DNA of 64,000 nucleotides from an uncultured bacterium (GTDB lineage: Bacteria > UBA8481): contig CAZCME010000001.1 of the NCBI GenBank assembly GCA_964499705.1, positions 8,943 through 72,942 of the forward strand. The letters are read 5' to 3'. The notes under the pieces are model-generated. The model worked only from the letters and a program-made list of their open reading frames with translations. It had not been told where the DNA came from and searched no databases. Shown one piece after another: positions 60,820-64,000 of this stretch. The stretch's first letter is position 1. The number at the start of each line of letters is the position of its first letter. The position numbers were made by a program, and so were the translations under genes.

Positions 60820-62273
60820 CCTTGTTTGTTAACCACAAAGACACAAAGACACGAAGAAGAACGAAAAAATATTATTTCGTTCTTCTTCGTGTCTTTGTGT
60901 CTTCGTGGTTATTTGCCGTTGCTTCCGATGCCGCCACATTTTCGGGCGCCGGATCCACGGGTGCGCAATTTCTGGAACTCGGCGTCGGAGCGAGGTCGGC
61001 GGCGATGGGGGAGGCTAATGCCGCGTGGGCGAACGACGTCTACGGCCTCTACTACAATCCGGCGGGCGTCGCCCGGTCCTCCCGATTCGAGGCCGGCTTC
61101 GTTCATAACAATCTCTTCAGCGAAATTTCCTACAATTACCTCGGCTATATCCATCCACTTTCCTACGGCGGGACGATCGGCGTTGATCTGACCTATCTCG
61201 ACCTGGGCACCGTCAAGCGCACCACGATCGCCTCGGGAACCGCCGGAACATTTCTCGGCACGGCCAGCGCTCATGATTTCGCGGTGGGTCTCACATACGC
61301 GCGGCCCTTTCGCTCCTTCCTCGACCTCGGCGGAAAGATCAAGGTCATCAACGAGAGCCTCGACGACAGGAGCGCGACCGCGGTCGCTGTGGACCTGGGC
61401 GCCACCTGGCGGCCTCCGGTTCAAGGATTGACAGTCGGTCTCTCCGCGTCCAACATGGGATCCTCCCTGAAATTCGTCCGCGAATCGGAGGACCTGCCAT
61501 TCACCGTCCGTCTTGGCGGCGGATACAGGAACGCCACGGGCCGATGGGGCGTCGTTTCCGATGTCGTATGGATCTCCAACCAGGATGTCGAGGCCAAGGT
61601 GGGCGGCGAAGTCTGGGTCTGGCCGGAGCATTTCGTCCTGCGGGCGGGATTCAACGCCGCGAATGAAGTGACACGCGGCGGAGCCACGGCCGGAGCGGGA
61701 TTCCACTGGGACGACCTTGCCGTCGATTACGCGTTCACGCCGTACGGAGATCTTGGCAACGGCCACCAGGTGTCCTTGACGTATCAGTTCGGACAGCCGC
61801 GTCGCGCGCCCGGCGGCGCCGTCATCAGGCGCGCCGATCCGGCATCGACATCCGCGACCGCGCCCCAGCCCGCGGGCTCCACGCGTCAGCAGTACATGCC
61901 CGTCGTTGCGCAGCAGCCCAACTCGCTCCTGGCCATGCCCTTCCGTTTCCAGTCGGGAGATCCTAAATTCGTCTGGCTGGGATCGGCCATCCCGGAGGTC
62001 TTTCATCATCTCTGGAAAAAGTCGAACCTTAAGGCCGCCGATGCCGTGAGCGCCGCCTACACAGTGGAAGGCGATTACTGGGTCGTCGACAATCTCCTCA
62101 TCATCACCGCGAAGCTGAATCACGAAGGATACGAAGCGAAGACCTTCCAGTGGCGCGGCGACGTCAGTCGCGCGTTTCTCATCTTCGACGACATGGTTCA
62201 TGACGTGAACAACGAATTGCTGTTGCGTGGCGTTTCGATCCCCATCCCCTCGTGGCCGCGAAGAAGGCGATAA
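60816..62273 (+). CDS. PorV/PorQ-family outer-membrane beta-barrel protein (T9SS cargo shuttle-like)
   Basis: Mature N-terminus ..GAGSTGAQFLELGVGARSAAMGEANAAWANDVYGLYYNPAGVA.. matches the PorV-family hallmark (..aqFL.lgvgARa.amGgAf.A.adD.sa.y.NPAGla). Alternating beta-strand pattern follows. ATGA overlap with the stop of the giant gene. Confidence 0.6.
   Translation: MTLFVNHKDTKTRRRTKKYYFVLLRVFVSSWLFAVASDAATFSGAGSTGAQFLELGVGARSAAMGEANAAWANDVYGLYYNPAGVARSSRFEAGFVHNNLFSEISYNYLGYIHPLSYGGTIGVDLTYLDLGTVKRTTIASGTAGTFLGTASAHDFAVGLTYARPFRSFLDLGGKIKVINESLDDRSATAVAVDLGATWRPPVQGLTVGLSASNMGSSLKFVRESEDLPFTVRLGGGYRNATGRWGVVSDVVWISNQDVEAKVGGEVWVWPEHFVLRAGFNAANEVTRGGATAGAGFHWDDLAVDYAFTPYGDLGNGHQVSLTYQFGQPRRAPGGAVIRRADPASTSATAPQPAGSTRQQYMPVVAQQPNSLLAMPFRFQSGDPKFVWLGSAIPEVFHHLWKKSNLKAADAVSAAYTVEGDYWVVDNLLIITAKLNHEGYEAKTFQWRGDVSRAFLIFDDMVHDVNNELLLRGVSIPIPSWPRRRR
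60831..60910. promoter_or_regulatory. about 36-bp-arm inverted repeat (aaccacaaagacacaaagacacgaagaagaacgaaa / tttcgttcttcttcgtgtctttgtgtcttcgtggtt, one mismatch) with an 8-nt aaatatta loop, 12 nt after the giant gene stop and inside the 5' coding region of the porV-like ORF
   Basis: Read directly from the sequence. Candidate intrinsic terminator/attenuator or RNA-processing structure. Its two arms encode the K/R-rich n-region and the hydrophobic h-region of the predicted PorV signal peptide. Confidence 0.55.
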
Positions 62274-62294
62274 GAGAAGGACGAGGGATGAGGG

Positions 62295-62876
62295 ATGAAG
62301 TACGGCTACTGCATGAGGATGGTATTCTTCATCTTTTTCCTCTCTTCCTGCGCTCCGCTTTACGCCGTCTTCGAACAGGACGATCCCCGGCTCATCATGA
62401 AAGTGGATCGTCTCTACCGGCTTCCACTTCCCGCTGACGGCGGCTCCTATCTCCTCATCCAGGGCGTCGGCGGCAAGTTGAGCCACACGGGCGACCAGAC
62501 GTGGGCGTTCGACTGGGCGATGCCGGAAGGGACGCCCGTTTGCGCGGCGCGTGCCGGCGTCGTGGAAACTGTGTTGATGGAGAGGGAGTCCGCGACGGTA
62601 CCTCTGGAATCGCGCGTCGCCGGAGAAGTGAGAATCCGCCACGCGGACGACACGCTGGGCGTCTACGCCCATATCCGCTCGGCCCGTGTTGAAAAGGGGA
62701 GACGAGTCGCGGCGGGGGATATTATCGCCGAGAGCGGCAACACGGGATTCTCCACGCGGCCGCATCTCCACTTTCACGTGGAGAAGGACGGCAGGAGCAT
62801 CCCGGTGGGGTTCAGCGATGTGGATGATGAAGAGGGAACGCCGCGTTCCGGCCGCGATTACGCGGCGCGGTATTGA
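62295..62876 (+). CDS. M23 family metallopeptidase (LytM/lysostaphin-like), lipoprotein
   Basis: M23 motifs ..HTGDQTWAFDWAMPEGTPVCAARAGVV.. (HxxxD) and ..GNTGFSTRPHLHFHV.. (HxH). Lipobox FFLSSCAPL. GAGGG RBS. Confidence 0.8.
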   Translation: MKYGYCMRMVFFIFFLSSCAPLYAVFEQDDPRLIMKVDRLYRLPLPADGGSYLLIQGVGGKLSHTGDQTWAFDWAMPEGTPVCAARAGVVETVLMERESATVPLESRVAGEVRIRHADDTLGVYAHIRSARVEKGRRVAAGDIIAESGNTGFSTRPHLHFHVEKDGRSIPVGFSDVDDEEGTPRSGRDYAARY

Positions 62877-62906
62877 AGCGAGCGAGGCGAACGAAGCGAA
62901 GGACGA

Positions 62907-63155
62907 TTACTTCGCGGCGGCCTTTTTTGCGACGCGGGATACGATCCTGGAAGCGGTGTTGCGGTGCAGGACGCCTTTTCTTGCCGCGCGTCCGACGGCG
63001 CTGGTGACCAGCTTCAATGCGGCATCCCGGTCTGCGCCCGTCGCCGCTTCAGCCTTCTTGCGCAGCGTCTTGATGGCCGCGATGGCGGACTGGTTTCTGG
63101 CTCGGCGCCTGGTGGCCTGACGCTCTTTCTTCAGGGCGTCCTTGTGTCGCTTCAT
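62907..63155 (-). CDS. rpsT: 30S ribosomal protein S20
   Basis: MKRHKDALKKERQATRRRARNQSAIAAIKTLRKKAEAA...AARKGVLHRNTASRIVSRVAKKAAA is a typical bS20 sequence. ATG at 63155; the longer track ORF start is unlikely. Confidence 0.85.
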   Translation of the reverse strand: MKRHKDALKKERQATRRRARNQSAIAAIKTLRKKAEAATGADRDAALKLVTSAVGRAARKGVLHRNTASRIVSRVAKKAAAK

Positions 63156-63370
63156 GTCAGTGGTCTCCTCGTTCAAATTGCCCGGTCCCTCAGGACGGCG
63201 CAACACAATACTCCAGGGAGTCGACACCGGTCAAGAAATTTGCAATTTGTGATTTTTTGTCTTTTCCTTGTCATTAAAATCATGTACAAAAACGCGCCGG
63301 CAGGTTGAAAGACCCGGATTTTAGGGTTGAAAAGCGATAGAATCTTAACGAACGCAAAGGATCGAGTCTC

Positions 63371-63874
63371 ATGGCGAAAACCGCGAAAACGAAGAAAGCC
63401 GTCCCCGGAAAGAAGGCGACGAAGGCTCCGGCGAAGAAATCCGCCCCGGTGAAGGCGCCCTCAGCCAAGGCGGTTGTGATGAAGAAGTCATCCAACGGAA
63501 AACCCGCAAAAGCAGCGCCTCTGAAGATCGAGAAAATCCGCGAGCAACTTCTCCTGGAGCAGGCCAAGCTGAAAAAGCGCATCGGTGTCATTCATGACGA
63601 CGATTCCACTTCGGATAACTCCGATGTCGGCGATATCGCCGACGTCGCGGCGTCCCACGAGACCCGCGAGATTCTCCGTGAGCTTCAGTCGACCGAGGAA
63701 GAACAATACAAGCAGATCCAGGCGGCCTTGAAACGGATCGAAGCCGGCACGTATGGGAAATGCCAGAGATGCGGCAACGCGATCGAGCCCGCCCGGCTCG
63801 AAGCCCTTCCCCATGCTCCCACATGCATCGCCTGCAAGCGCAAAGAGGAACGCGGCGAGTTTCCGAAGTCCTGA
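63371..63874 (+). CDS. DksA/TraR-family C4 zinc-finger protein with N-terminal histone-H1-like Lys/Ala/Pro-rich tail
   Basis: C-terminal ..LKRIEAGTYGKCQRCGNAIEPARLEALPHAPTCIACKRKEE.. is the DksA/TraR C4 finger. A coiled-coil-like region precedes it. The first ~55 aa (AKTAKTKKAVPGKKATKAPAKKSAPVKAPSAKA...) are low-complexity and basic. Confidence 0.7.
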   Translation: MAKTAKTKKAVPGKKATKAPAKKSAPVKAPSAKAVVMKKSSNGKPAKAAPLKIEKIREQLLLEQAKLKKRIGVIHDDDSTSDNSDVGDIADVAASHETREILRELQSTEEEQYKQIQAALKRIEAGTYGKCQRCGNAIEPARLEALPHAPTCIACKRKEERGEFPKS

Positions 63875-64000
63875 TCCGGAGCCGGTGCAGTTAACCACGT
63901 TTCTCATACGCTCCGTCGGGTTTCAATTTCTGCGCTCCTTTGCCTCGTCTTTTCGATCGCCGTCTCCGCGGATACCATCCATGTCATCCTGAAGGATCGG

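Noticed and set aside
60909-62777. 622-aa minus-strand ORF
   Set aside because: Antisense to the PorV-like and M23 peptidase genes, both with clear family signatures and signal peptides.
1-64000. Mobile elements, integrases, transposases, tRNA/rRNA genes
   Set aside because: No integrase, transposase or recombinase-like translations, no inverted terminal repeats bounding a cargo region, and no tRNA-like cloverleaf candidates were recognised in intergenic regions. Absence is based on manual inspection only.

Overview
High-GC (roughly 65%) bacterial chromosomal segment. The T9SS-type C-terminal sorting domain, PorV-like outer-membrane protein and LptE-like lipoprotein suggest a diderm of the FCB-superphylum or candidate-phylum type, but the phylum cannot be assigned from sequence alone. 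Gene content in order: (1) a 5'-truncated prepilin-type pseudopilin gene and a DUF4339/GYF-like protein; (2) a beta-glucan-type utilisation cluster, with two tandem family-1 solute-binding proteins on the + strand and, on the - strand, a GH3 beta-glucosidase with PA14 insert, a GH144/PF10091-like six-hairpin hydrolase with an N-terminal discoidin domain, and a 1,210-aa lipoprotein with several discoidin domains and a six-hairpin catalytic-like domain; (3) a minimal division cluster ftsA-ftsZ followed by pilT, an Amidase_3 (AmiC-like) cell-wall amidase and pgeF/yfiH; (4) a GT4 glycosyltransferase, nrnA (DHH/DHHA1), an alkaline-phosphatase-superfamily phosphodiesterase, a CysQ/inositol-monophosphatase-family protein, a DUF151 bifunctional nuclease, a FapA/DUF342 protein and a phosphoglucomutase; (5) an lptE-like lipoprotein plus holA; (6) a LacI-family regulator; (7) the outstanding feature, one uninterrupted 28,983-bp ORF (31837..60819) encoding a 9,660-aa secreted multi-catalytic alpha-glucan-active protein. 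That protein has a GH13 alpha-amylase domain, two GH57-like catalytic modules and a third divergent GH57-like module, starch/glycogen-binding-like modules (CBM48-, CBM20-, CBM25/26-, CBM9-like), dozens of FN3 domains, a 32-copy tandem array of ~91-aa FN3-like repeats and a T9SS-type C-terminal sorting domain. It is followed directly (ATGA overlap) by a PorV-like outer-membrane protein and an M23 peptidase. (8) rpsT and a DksA/TraR-family zinc-finger protein with a histone-H1-like Lys/Ala-rich tail. I found no rRNA, tRNA, CRISPR or mobile elements. Most other long ORFs in the six-frame track are antisense artefacts of the high GC content.
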